Source: Acidobacteriota bacterium (GTDB lineage Bacteria; Acidobacteriota; JAQAZP01). From it: a stretch of DNA of 62,220 nt. Positions 1 to 9,109 of this stretch are shown one piece after another (position 1 is the first letter of the stretch; each line of letters begins with the position of its first letter). Position numbers and translations under genes: made by a program. The notes beneath the pieces are model-generated. The model was not told where the DNA came from, did not search any database, and saw only the letters and a program-made list of their open reading frames with translations. Where the stretch lies: assembly GCA_032127265.1 (NCBI GenBank), contig JAQAZP010000019.1, forward strand, positions 1 to 62,220, in the 5' to 3' direction.

Positions 1-3000
1 TCCGGCTTGCGCTCCGGCGGTCTGATCCAGCCCCGCGATGAGTGTTCCCCGGGCCAGTTGCCGTTCGATGGCCGCGAACAGTTCCTCCCGCTTCACCGGC
101 TTGGAGATGTAGTCGTCCATTCCGGCTTCCAGGCACAACTCCCGGTCGCCCTTCATCGCGTGGGCGGTCATGGCGATGATCGGGACGGTGGAGTCGAGCA
201 CGTTGCTCGACGGGTCACGAATGATACGCGTTGCCTCATAGCCGTCCATCCCCGGCATCTGAACATCCATCAGCACCAGGTCATAGGGTCGGGATTGCAA
301 TGCTTCCACGGCCTGTTTGCCGTCCGACACCGTATCCGCCTCGTATCCCTTTGACTGCAGGATTCGCAGGGCCACTTTCTGGTTGATCAGGTTGTCTTCC
401 GCCATCAGGATACGGGCGTTGCTGCGGTCCACATCCTTGGCCGGCGGGTCCGGTGTCTCGGCTTTGCCAGTTTTGGCTACCGGTTTCATCTGGTCCGACA
501 TTACGTAGGTCAGGCAGTCGAAGAGCTGGGACTGCTTGACCGGCTTGGTCAGGCAGGCAGCGAAGTCGGCTTCACGCAGCGAGTGTTCACCGCTGCGGCT
601 GGCCATCGAAGTGAGCAGGATCAAAGTGGTGGATCGCAATTCCGGATCCATCTTCACACAGCGGCCGAACATCTCCCCGTCCATCTCCGGCATCATCATG
701 TCGGTGATCACCATGTCAAACGGTGTCCCTTCAAGCTGTGCCCTGCGCAGCAGTGCCAGCCCCTCCTCGCCGCCCGATGCGGCGGTGTGGTCGCAGCCCC
801 AGGACTTGAGGAACTCAGTGAGGATCAGCCGGTTGGTGGCATTGTCATCCACCACCAGGATCCGCTGGCCCCGGACCTTGTCCGGGAGGTTGAGCACTTC
901 GATACCGTCCGGCTGCTGGTCGATGACCACGGTGAATTTGAAGGTGGACCCGCTGCCCTCGGTACTATCCAGCGAGATGCTCCCGCCCATCAGCTCCACC
1001 AGGTTCTTGGTGATCGCCAGGCCCAGGCCGGTGCCGCCGAAGCGACGGGTGGTGGAGGTGTCCACCTGGGTGAAGGAGTCGAAAATCTGTTGCCGCTTTT
1101 CTTCCGGGATACCGATTCCGGTGTCGGTTACGCTGAAATGAATCTTCACCCGGTCATCCAGTTTTTCAGCGCGGTCGGCGCGGATCGCCACCTCCCCCTC
1201 GCTGGTGAACTTGATCGCGTTGTTCATCAGGTTCATCATCACCTGCTTTATCCGCACGGGATCGCCCACCAGCAGCGTCGGCACATCGGGTGAAATCCGG
1301 CCGCTGATTTCCAGGCCCTTCTCCTGGGCCTTGAGGGCCAGGATGTCCAGCACATCCTCCACGGTTGAGCGGAGGTTGAAGCCGAATTTCTCCATCTCCA
1401 GTTTGCCGGCCTCGATCTTCGAGTAGTCGAGGATATCGTTGATCACCGCCAGCAGGGCGTCGGCGCTGCCGCGGATAATCTCGGTGTATTCGAGCTGCTC
1501 GTCATTGAGGCTGGTGTCCAGGAGCAGCGCGCTCATCCCGATCACGCCGTTCATCGGCGTGCGGATCTCGTGACTCATATTGGCCAGAAACTCGCTCTTG
1601 GCCTGGTTGGCCAGTTCCGCCTCGTCCTTGGCCGCCCGCAGTTCGATTTCGGCCCGCTCGCGCTCGGCCAGCTCGCGCTTGGCCTTGAGGAACAGGCCGG
1701 CATTTTCAATGGCGCTGCCGATCTGGGTGCTGAGGGTCTCCATCGCCGCCACGTCACTCTCGTCAAAGGCGTCCAGTTCCTGGCTCTGGATGTCGAGCAC
1801 TCCGATCACTTTGTCGCCCTGCTTGATCGGTACGCTCAGCTCGGAGCGGGTTTTCTCGTCGGAAATCCGGATGTAGTAAGGGTTGGCGTCAACCGCGCCG
1901 CTGACCTGCGTCTCGGCGGTGGCCGCTGCCCGTCCCACCATCCCCTCGCCGATGCGGTAGATCTGTTCCTCGGGGAACATCCGGGCGTCCTCGCCGGCGA
2001 TTGACTGCAGCTTCATCTGTTCGCCGGATTCCTCGAGCATGATCAACATCACGCAGTAGTAGTGGAAGGTATCGCAAACCGCATTGACGATTTCGGAGAG
2101 CAGCGACTCGATCTTCAGTTCGCCGCTGACCCGGCTGCCCACCTTGTAGAGCAGGTTGGACTGGATCGCCCGGCGCTTCATCGCATCCTGCATCTTGGTC
2201 CGGACCACGATCTCGTTTTTCAGTTCGTCATTGGTCTGCTTCAGCTCGGCGGTCCGTTTGCCCACCCGGGCCTCCAGAATTCGGCTGTGCTTAAGGATCG
2301 AGCGGGTGCGCCACTGCACAACCCCGAGGATGGCGAAGAGGAGAAAAATGCCGCTGAAGGCGGTGAAGGTCTTGGTTTTCCAGAACGGCGGCAGCACGGT
2401 GATGGCCAGTGAGGTCCCTTGCTCATTCCATACACCGTCGCAGTTCGAACCCTTGACCCGGAAGGTGTAGTTCCCGTGGGGCATGCTGCTGTAGGTCACG
2501 TAGCGCCTGGTGCCGAGCTGGACCCACTCCTTGTCGATGCCCTCCATCATGTAGGCGTACTGGTTCTTGTCCGGATCGCTGAAGTGCAGGGCGACGAACT
2601 CGAAGGAAATGACGCTGTCCCCGGGAGCGAGCGTAATCTCCGAGGCCTCGCTGATGTTTGTTTTCAGGGGCGAATCCGGGCCCACCGGCACCGTTTCGTT
2701 GAAGATTTTGAAATCGGTGATCACCACCGGGGGAATGTGGCGGTTGCGCTGGATCCGCGAGGGGAAAAAGGCGTTGAACCCGTTGATCCCGCCGAAGTAG
2801 AGTTCCCCGCTCTCCCGCTTGTAGCACGATCCGAGGTTGAACTCCCGGCTTTGCAACCCGTCGCTGACGTCGTAGTTGTGAAAGGTCCCGGTGCTCCGGT
2901 CATACTTGGACAGCCCCTTGTTGGTGCTGAACCAGATGTGCCCGTCGTCATCCTCGAGGATCGCGTAGATGCAGTCGTTGGGCAGGCCGTCCTTCTCGGT

Positions 3001-4773
3001 GAAGTACTCGAAGCCGTCATATTCGCGCTTGTAGCGGTTGAGGCCGCTGGAGGTGCCGAACCAGAGTTCGCCCGCGGAATCCTCGAAAATAGCCAGCACT
3101 TCACTGCTGGAAAGGCTGGTGGGATCGTCGGGGTCGGCGTAGTAACGGATGAACTCATCGTGGTCCCGGTCATACAGATTGAGGCCGGTGAGGGTCCCGA
3201 CCCAGAGCAGCCCGTGGGCGTCCTCACGGATGGTGAGGATAAAGTCGTTGGAGATGCTCGAGGGGTCGGTCTGGTCGCTGATGTAGCGGGTAAAGGTCCC
3301 GCTCTCCCGGTCGAAGCGGTTCAGCCCGCCCTGGGTCCCGACCCAGACCGTACCGAAACTGTCCTCGTAGACCGAGCGCACCGTGTCGCTGCTCAGGCTA
3401 TGCGGGTCCGTCCGCCGATGCCGGAAATGGGTAAATGCCCCGGAGTCCGGATTGCGCCGGTCGAGACCGCCGCTGGTGGCGAGCCAGAGGGCGCCGAGGT
3501 GGTCTTCGTAGACACACATCACCTTGTTGTGGCCGATGGTATTGGGGTCGTTTGGATCGTGGAAAAAGTGGGTAAAGATCTCGGTCTGCCGGTCGAAACG
3601 GTTCAGGCCGTCATAGGTGGCGACCCAGAAGTCGCCCCGGCTGTCCTCGCAGAATGAGCGGACGGTGTTGTTGCTCAGCGAGGTGGGGTTGTCAGGCGCG
3701 CGGCGGTAGTGGACCAGGAACTGCTTCTCCTCGTCGAAATTGTTCAGCCCGGTGTGGGTGCCGATCCAGAGCACGCCCGACTGGTCCTCGAGAATATCGT
3801 GGATCGTGTTGTCGGTGATGCTCAACCTGTCGTTGGCGTTCGCCTGGTAGATGACGAAATGGTTGCGGTCCCGGTCGTAGCGCCCGAGGCCCCTGGCCTC
3901 GGTGCCGACCCAGATATGGCCCGAGCGGTCTTCGTAGATCTTGTTGATCACCTCGGTGCCGAGCATGATGTTCTGGCCGTAGGTGTTATCCCGGAGGTGT
4001 TCGAGGACGCCGGTTCTTTCGTTGTAGCGGCTCAACCCGTGGCTGGTGCCGACCCAGAGAACGCCGAACGTGTCGGTGAGCAGGCTGTTGACCTGGTTGT
4101 CCAGCGGGTCTTCACCCGTGCCGCTGACCTGGAACCGGGCCACGTCACCGTTCAACCGGTCGCAGCGGAAGAGCCCCTGATGTTCCGTGCCAACCCAGAG
4201 CCGTCCCAGGGCATCTTCGGCGATGGCCAGAACGTTTACCGGTTGTCTTTCCGGGTCATTGCCCAAGAAGTTGAATCGGGAGATGGTGTCGGTTACCGGA
4301 TCATAGTGGTTCAGACCGCTGGTTGTGCCGATCCAGAGGGCTCCCGAACGGTCTTCGCACAGCGTCTGAATGCTGTCACTGCTCAAGCTCGATGGGTTTT
4401 CCTCACTGTACTGGTAGCGGAGAAACTGATCCGTTGCCCGGTCGTAGCGGCTCAGGCCGCCGCCAAAGGTGCCGATCCAGAGCCGGCCGGCCCGGTCCTC
4501 GTGGAGCGCTCTGATGTAGCTGAATCCCAGGCTGTTCGGATTTTCCGGATCGCACTTGTAGATTCTGAACGTATGACCGTCATAACGGTTCAGGCCGTCC
4601 TCGGTGCCGAACCAGAGGAACCCGCGGTGGTCCTGGGCGATGCAGAACACCGTGCTCTGGGACAGGCCTTCATCGAGTGAAAGGCTCTGGAATTTGATTT
4701 TGCTTTCCTGGGCCGTGGCCGGCGCCGGAATTACAGTGATCAACAGCAGGAGCAGAGCCAGAAATTTTGCCAT
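1..4773 (-). CDS. Hybrid sensor histidine kinase: signal peptide, two-component-regulator beta-propeller repeats with Y_Y_Y-type region, TM segment, HisKA-HATPase_c core and two receiver domains. The C-terminus runs off the left edge (partial).
   Basis: Absent from the ORF track because no stop lies inside the window. My reverse-complement translation from ATG 4773..4771 reads [73 protein letters not shown], the classic Reg_prop repeat. Near the left edge the same frame reads [87 protein letters not shown] (REC). The frame is consistent from 4773 to position 1. The + strand ORFs across 7..4680 look like antisense shadows. Confidence 0.85.
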   Translation of the reverse strand, partial: MAKFLALLLLLITVIPAPATAQESKIKFQSLSLDEGLSQSTVFCIAQDHRGFLWFGTEDGLNRYDGHTFRIYKCDPENPNSLGFSYIRALHEDRAGRLWIGTFGGGLSRYDRATDQFLRYQYSEENPSSLSSDSIQTLCEDRSGALWIGTTSGLNHYDPVTDTISRFNFLGNDPERQPVNVLAIAEDALGRLWVGTEHQGLFRCDRLNGDVARFQVSGTGEDPLDNQVNSLLTDTFGVLWVGTSHGLSRYNERTGVLEHLRDNTYGQNIMLGTEVINKIYEDRSGHIWVGTEARGLGRYDRDRNHFVIYQANANDRLSITDNTIHDILEDQSGVLWIGTHTGLNNFDEEKQFLVHYRRAPDNPTSLSNNTVRSFCEDSRGDFWVATYDGLNRFDRQTEIFTHFFHDPNDPNTIGHNKVMCVYEDHLGALWLATSGGLDRRNPDSGAFTHFRHRRTDPHSLSSDTVRSVYEDSFGTVWVGTQGGLNRFDRESGTFTRYISDQTDPSSISNDFILTIREDAHGLLWVGTLTGLNLYDRDHDEFIRYYADPDDPTSLSSSEVLAIFEDSAGELWFGTSSGLNRYKREYDGFEYFTEKDGLPNDCIYAILEDDDGHIWFSTNKGLSKYDRSTGTFHNYDVSDGLQSREFNLGSCYKRESGELYFGGINGFNAFFPSRIQRNRHIPPVVITDFKIFNETVPVGPDSPLKTNISEASEITLAPGDSVISFEFVALHFSDPDKNQYAYMMEGIDKEWVQLGTRRYVTYSSMPHGNYTFRVKGSNCDGVWNEQGTSLAITVLPPFWKTKTFTAFSGIFLLFAILGVVQWRTRSILKHSRILEARVGKRTAELKQTNDELKNEIVVRTKMQDAMKRRAIQSNLLYKVGSRVSGELKIESLLSEIVNAVCDTFHYYCVMLIMLEESGEQMKLQSIAGEDARMFPEEQIYRIGEGMVGRAAATAETQVSGAVDANPYYIRISDEKTRSELSVPIKQGDKVIGVLDIQSQELDAFDESDVAAMETLSTQIGSAIENAGLFLKAKRELAERERAEIELRAAKDEAELANQAKSEFLANMSHEIRTPMNGVIGMSALLLDTSLNDEQLEYTEIIRGSADALLAVINDILDYSKIEAGKLEMEKFGFNLRSTVEDVLDILALKAQEKGLEISGRISPDVPTLLVGDPVRIKQVMMNLMNNAIKFTSEGEVAIRADRAEKLDDRVKIHFSVTDTGIGIPEEKRQQIFDSFTQVDTSTTRRFGGTGLGLAITKNLVELMGGSISLDSTEGSGSTFKFTVVIDQQPDGIEVLNLPDKVRGQRILVVDDNATNRLILTEFLKSWGCDHTAASGGEEGLALLRRAQLEGTPFDMVITDMMMPEMDGEMFGRCVKMDPELRSTTLILLTSMASRSGEHSLREADFAACLTKPVKQSQLFDCLTYVMSDQMKPVAKTGKAETPDPPAKDVDRSNARILMAEDNLINQKVALRILQSKGYEADTVSDGKQAVEALQSRPYDLVLMDVQMPGMDGYEATRIIRDPSSNVLDSTVPIIAMTAHAMKGDRELCLEAGMDDYISKPVKREELFAAIERQLARGTLIAGLDQTAGAQAG

Positions 4774-5461
4774 TGGCCACCGCCGCCTGGAGCTACCCCC
4801 CCGGTCCTGACGCCTGGAAATTGTGTTGCACTGATCCATTTTTCGCTTCCCCGGTGATTTGACCATCCCTCCGGTCCACATGTGCGGACCGGAACCCCTT
4901 GTATGGGGATCTTGTCGGCAATACCGGGAAATTGCTTGAGCAGAATGGGGATATTGGCGCTGGATTTTGTGCGGTCTGAACTGCTTTCGAGAGGTGGGGG
5001 GAAGGTTTCGACCCGGCCCCGGGGGACGAGGTTACTCCTGATCGTCGGTGATATGGCCCAGGGCGCGAAGTTGGTCAAGATCCTTCTGTTTAGCCTCCGG
5101 ATCGGTCTTCTCGGCGGCGGATCCGTCAATGGTGGTGTCGATACAGGCCTGTTTCAGCTTCTGGCAGAGGGCCCGCAGTTGATCGTCGAGGAAGCGGATC
5201 TCACTCTTGTAGAACGCCTGGCTGACCCTTCCTCGTCATTCTTAACCTCAACTTCATCCCTGGCGGAACTCCGGCTCATCAAAACCCGTATCCTGCCATA
5301 TCCTCTGACGGCGGATGAATGCGGAGCTTGGGAGCTGTCAAGACATTTGCCAGGATACGACAACCTTCAATATGATGAAACAAGACGAGTGAAACGCACT
5401 ATTCAGCCCACGGGCCCGCAGCGGTGTTCCCGTTGGCAAGGTCATTTTCCTGAGGAGACAG

Positions 5462-5689
5462 ATGATGAGCGAGTTGGACTACCATCTGATCGGTGACGAC
5501 ATGCAGGCGGTGGTGATCAATCTGGTCAAGGGCCAGGTGATCCGGGCGGAAGCCGGTGCCCTGGTGTACATGACCGATGGGATCGATATGGACGCCAAGA
5601 TGGTCGGCGGGATCAAGACCTCTCTCTTTGGCGGGAAGGGCTCTTTGGGGCTTTCCAGTGTTTTGGGCGACATCATCGGCGGTGATTGA
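5462..5689 (+). pseudogene. AIM24 (DUF124/TIGR00266)-family fragment. Only the N-terminal ~50 residues resemble the family; probable truncated gene or 75-aa remnant.
   Basis: MMSELDYHLIGDDMQAVVINLVKGQVIRAEAGALVYMTDGIDMDAKMVGG matches the usual AIM24 N-terminus (x-Y-x-I-x-G..Q.L.V.L..GE.V.AE.GAM..M...I.M.T...GG). Full-length members are several-fold longer, and here a stop follows at residue 75. A good GAGGAG RBS lies just upstream of the ATG. Confidence 0.4.
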
Positions 5690-5875
5690 AGCGGCTTCAG
5701 AATCTCACCTGAGGCTCGTGAGCTTTGTTGACGGCCTTCTCGGAAGGCTCACATGCCAAAAGAGTATGCTCCCCTCCCTCGTCGACCGGCGCCTCGCTCT
5801 CGACCCACAGTTGAGGTTCTGAAACCACTTCGATGATTTGAGGATGACAAGAGAGAAACCTGGGCCAGGCGAGGG

Positions 5876-6166
5876 TTATTTTACTTTACGTTGCTTTTCG
5901 GACTCTTCCCGATAGGCCTTGTCGTAGAGCACGTTCCACTCTTCGCTGCCTTCGGGGATTTCACGAGCCAGGGAGGTGACTCGCTGACGGGCCGCCTCTT
6001 CGATCTGCTCTTCCTTGAGCATCTCGGTGCGGAGAATTTCAACCACCTGCAGGCGAACCTCGTTGCGGGGGTATTTGAAGTCGATCTCGTCCTGGCCCAC
6101 CAGGTCCTCGAGGATATGGTTGGAGATGAGGTTGATTCTTTCCCGGCTCAGTTTCATGACGTGCAC
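5876..6166 (-). CDS. DUF507 family protein
   Basis: 96-aa ORF MKLSRERINLISNHILEDLVGQDEIDFKYPRNEVRLQVVEILRTEMLKEEQIEEAARQRV. It is abutted head-to-tail by a second DUF507-like ORF, the usual paired arrangement. Confidence 0.7.
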   Translation of the reverse strand: MHVMKLSRERINLISNHILEDLVGQDEIDFKYPRNEVRLQVVEILRTEMLKEEQIEEAARQRVTSLAREIPEGSEEWNVLYDKAYREESEKQRKVK

Positions 6167-6445
6167 TCAGAGGATGATGTTGCGCTCTCTGACCAGTTTG
6201 GCTTTGATTTTCTTGAACATCTCGTGATATTGGGCGCCCGCTTCCTGCATCTGGTCGGCATACTGGTCGAGGATCTGCCGCACCTCGTCGTTGAGGTCGT
6301 CCTCCCGGCGCAGTTCGGCGGTAATCACGTCACCAATCCGCTCGGCAAGCCGGTCCTCTTTGATCCCCTCGATGAAGCCTTTGCGCAGCAACTGCTTGGC
6401 GATCCTGAAGGAAAAGAGGTCAATCTGGTGCAGAGAGAGCCGCAT
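6167..6445 (-). CDS. DUF507 family protein (first of pair)
   Basis: 92-aa ORF MRLSLHQIDLFSFRIAKQLLRKGFIEGIKEDRLAERIGDVITAELRREDDLNDEVRQIL. Its stop is directly adjacent to the start of 5876..6166. Confidence 0.7.
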   Translation of the reverse strand: MRLSLHQIDLFSFRIAKQLLRKGFIEGIKEDRLAERIGDVITAELRREDDLNDEVRQILDQYADQMQEAGAQYHEMFKKIKAKLVRERNIIL

Positions 6446-6798
6446 CCGTCAATACCTTTCGTAACTGATCGGCCGCCGGTGGCCCGTTGACGGCGATCCC
6501 GCCTCAGGTGCGGTTATAGCACAGCGCCGGTGCCCGATCAAGAATTCGGCCCGGATTGCCGCTAAAGACGGCGCCCGTTCCGTCCGAAAAGAAAAATGTG
6601 CCGCCTGGTGGCCCAAGGCCTCCCGCGTGGTATACTTGTTCTGTTGACACCTCGCCGTCATCAGCCGAGCTGACCCGCTAAGGAGCTACGGCTTATTGGC
6701 CGGCAGCTGGCCGGCGAGGGGTTGACAGTTTTTTTGTACGCCCCCCGTTCGAATATCCACCACCAGTTGCTGGGATGCTCTCTTGATCCGTTCAGGTC

Positions 6799-7722
6799 TC
6801 AGCGGATTCCGGCCGGTCTGACCCGCCGGCGGTGCATCGCCAGAGCCACACCCCCGATCACCAGGGCCGACCCGCAGAGGATGCGCCAGGTAAGGGGTTC
6901 GTCGAAGACCAGCGCGCCGACGCTCACCGCCACCACCGGTGCGGTATAGGCGATCAGCGACATCTTGGTCGCGTCCACGTGGGTTAGCAGCCAGAAGTAG
7001 AGAGTGAAGGTTACGGCCGATCCCAGCACCGCCAGGTAGAGCAGCGCGCCCACCGACACGGCATCGAAGACCGGTGGTGTGTCCCTCTCGATGGCAAAGG
7101 CCAGCGCTCCCATCAGACCTGCCGCCATCCCCATGGGCACCGCCGAGATGGAGATGGGGTGGATATCCTTGCCCCACTTCTTTATCGAGACGCTGGCCAG
7201 CGCCGAGAGCAGCGGTGCGATCAGCAGCACGACCGACGCCGTGGCCGCCATCGGCCCGCCGATCCGGGTGAAGTCTTCGGAGAAGATCAGCGCCACCCCG
7301 CTGAAACCAAGAACCACGCCGGACAACGATTTCATGTTCAGTTGTTCCCCGGGCAGGGCCACGTGGGCCATCAGGGCGACGAAGAGCGGCATGGTGGCGA
7401 AGATCACCGAAGTGAGGCCCGAGGGCAGCCACTGCTCGGCCCAGTAGACGATCCCGTAGGAGGCGCAGAAAGAGCACATGGCGTTAAGAATCCAGAGCCG
7501 CCGTTCCCGGGAGGTCCGGCCGAATCTGACCTTGAACAGCGGTGCCATGGCCAGCAGGATTACCGAGGCGATGGCGAAGCGCAGCGCCACACCGGTGATC
7601 GGGCGAATCCCGCCGAGACCGATGCGGATGGCGGCCCAGGTGGTGCCCCAGATCAGGGTCAGCAGCACGAAGGTGCCGACGATGATGATTCCCGACGGTT
7701 TTTGCATGCCAGAGTGTAGCAT
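6799..7722 (-). CDS. EamA/DMT-superfamily transporter
   Basis: 307-aa polytopic membrane ORF with a two-fold EamA-like layout (IIIVGTFVLLTLIWGTTWAAIRIGL..., second half ...LLYLAVLGSAVTFTLYFWLLTHVDATKMSLIAYTAPVVAV). Confidence 0.85.
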   Translation of the reverse strand: MLHSGMQKPSGIIIVGTFVLLTLIWGTTWAAIRIGLGGIRPITGVALRFAIASVILLAMAPLFKVRFGRTSRERRLWILNAMCSFCASYGIVYWAEQWLPSGLTSVIFATMPLFVALMAHVALPGEQLNMKSLSGVVLGFSGVALIFSEDFTRIGGPMAATASVVLLIAPLLSALASVSIKKWGKDIHPISISAVPMGMAAGLMGALAFAIERDTPPVFDAVSVGALLYLAVLGSAVTFTLYFWLLTHVDATKMSLIAYTAPVVAVSVGALVFDEPLTWRILCGSALVIGGVALAMHRRRVRPAGIR

Positions 7723-7753
7723 GGGTCCGGTCGGACCGTCCTCTGACCGTTCC

Positions 7754-7782
7754 TTGATCTGGGGCGGGACCTTTCCTATACT
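7754..7782 (+). promoter_or_regulatory. Sigma70-like promoter candidate for the PLP-enzyme gene
   Basis: TTGATC (7754-7759), a 17-nt spacer, then TATACT (7777-7782). It lies in the divergent intergenic region and predicts a ~90-nt leader. Confidence 0.4.
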
Positions 7783-7823
7783 ACCAATACTTCAGCCGAT
7801 CAGGGCCGAGAACAGAGGTCTAT

Positions 7824-7852
7824 CCGCCGGGGAAACCGGCGGGTCGTTTTTA
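7824..7852 (+). terminator. Terminator-like hairpin inside the 5' leader of 7878..9104 (possible attenuator or riboswitch expression platform)
   Basis: CCGCCGG (7824-7830), GGAAA loop, CCGGCGG (7836-7842), then GTCGTTTTTA. This is an all-GC 7-bp stem plus a T-run. No upstream + strand gene exists that it could terminate. Confidence 0.35.
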
Positions 7853-7877
7853 TGCATACAGTTGATGAGGTGGCGCG

Positions 7878-9104
7878 ATGAAGAAGTTCAATCCGGAGAA
7901 GGCTCTTACTCGGGCCAAGAGAGAATTCGGCGAATTCGGCGGCGTCTGCCCTTCGGTGGACCGGTCGTCGACCTTCACTGTTCTCGAGCCGGGGACCATG
8001 CCCGAGATCTTCCATGGAGTGAAGGGGCCGGACAGCGGCGGTTGCTTCCTCTACAGCCGTCACTTCAACCCCACCGTCGATGTGGCGGCCCGTTACCTGG
8101 CGGCCCTGGAAGGGTCAGGCCACGCCATTTGCACCGCCAGCGGCATGTCGGCCATCGCCTGCACCGTGCTCCAGCTCTGCCACAGCGGGGATCACATCGT
8201 CTCGTCGGACACGGTCTATGGCGGAACCCATGCCCTGTTTGGCGAGGTGCTGCCCGACATGGGTCTCGAGACCAGCTTTGTCGATCCTTCCGACACCGCC
8301 GCCTTTGCCGCGGCGATCACGCCGCGGACGAAGCTGCTCTACATAGAGACCCTCGGCAACCCCACGCTGAAAGTGGCCGACATCCCGGCGCTGGGCAAAC
8401 TGGCTGACGAGCATGGCCTGAAACTGGTGGTGGACAACACCTTCACCCCGGCGATGATCTCGCCCCTCGCCCTCGGTGCCCATGTGGTGGTCTACTCATT
8501 GACCAAGTTCATCAACGGGGCCAGCGATATGATCGCCGGTGTCATCTGCGCCACCAAGGAATTCATTTACGAACTGATGGATCTGCACACCGGCCGGGTA
8601 ATGCTGCTAGGCCCCACCATGGACCCCCGGGTCGCCTTCGACCTGATCCAGCGGCTGCCCCACTTGCCGCTGCGGATGCGCGAGCACTCCCGCCGGGCCA
8701 TGGCCATCGCCCGGCACGCCCAATCGCTGGGCGCTCCAATCTGTTACCCCGGCCTGAAATCGCATCCCCAACATGACCTGATGGGGGCGATGCTCAACGA
8801 CGACAGTTATGGCTATGGCGGCATGCTGACCATCGACTGCAGAACGCCGGAGCGGGCCGACCGGTTGCTGGAAGTGCTGCAGAACGATGAGAAGTTCGGT
8901 TTGATCGCCGTCTCCCTGGGGTATTTTGATACCCTGATGTCCTGTTCGGGGTCCACCACCTCATCGGAGATTTCAGATGACGCCCAGGAACGAATGGGCC
9001 TTTCGCCCGGCCTGATCCGATTTTCCATCGGCTACACCGGTGACCTGGAGGACCGCAAGGCCCAGTTCGAACGGGGCCTGCGCAAAGTGGGGGTTATCGA
9101 GTAG
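7878..9104 (+). CDS. Cys/Met-metabolism PLP-dependent enzyme (methionine gamma-lyase / cystathionine gamma-synthase family)
   Basis: 408 aa. YSRHFNPTVDVAARYLAALEGSGHAICTASGMSAI and the PLP-lysine region VVYSLTKFINGASD are typical of the family. RBS GAGGTGG lies before the ATG. Confidence 0.85.
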   Translation: MKKFNPEKALTRAKREFGEFGGVCPSVDRSSTFTVLEPGTMPEIFHGVKGPDSGGCFLYSRHFNPTVDVAARYLAALEGSGHAICTASGMSAIACTVLQLCHSGDHIVSSDTVYGGTHALFGEVLPDMGLETSFVDPSDTAAFAAAITPRTKLLYIETLGNPTLKVADIPALGKLADEHGLKLVVDNTFTPAMISPLALGAHVVVYSLTKFINGASDMIAGVICATKEFIYELMDLHTGRVMLLGPTMDPRVAFDLIQRLPHLPLRMREHSRRAMAIARHAQSLGAPICYPGLKSHPQHDLMGAMLNDDSYGYGGMLTIDCRTPERADRLLEVLQNDEKFGLIAVSLGYFDTLMSCSGSTTSSEISDDAQERMGLSPGLIRFSIGYTGDLEDRKAQFERGLRKVGVIE

Positions 9105-9109
9105 GGCGG

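Noticed and set aside
4882-5496. 204-aa + strand ORF in the gene-poor region upstream of the AIM24 stub
   Set aside because: No RBS, no recognisable family and an erratic composition. It overlaps the more protein-like (though frame-broken) minus-strand segment at 5032..5279. There is not enough support to call it a CDS.
6747-6754. GTTCGAAT, a tRNA T-loop-like octamer in the 6446..6798 intergenic region
   Set aside because: The flanks (CCCCCC upstream, ATCCACCACC downstream) cannot form a T-arm. No acceptor or anticodon stems can be drawn around it. Not a tRNA.
6722-6760. Perfect TTGACA hexamer followed by a T-run, considered as a promoter or terminator
   Set aside because: The best -10-like element (GAATAT) is ~23 nt away, outside the workable spacing. 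A + strand transcript would only run antisense into the EamA gene. The nearby CCGGC/GCCGG hairpin is 14 nt from the T-run, so it is not a convincing terminator either.
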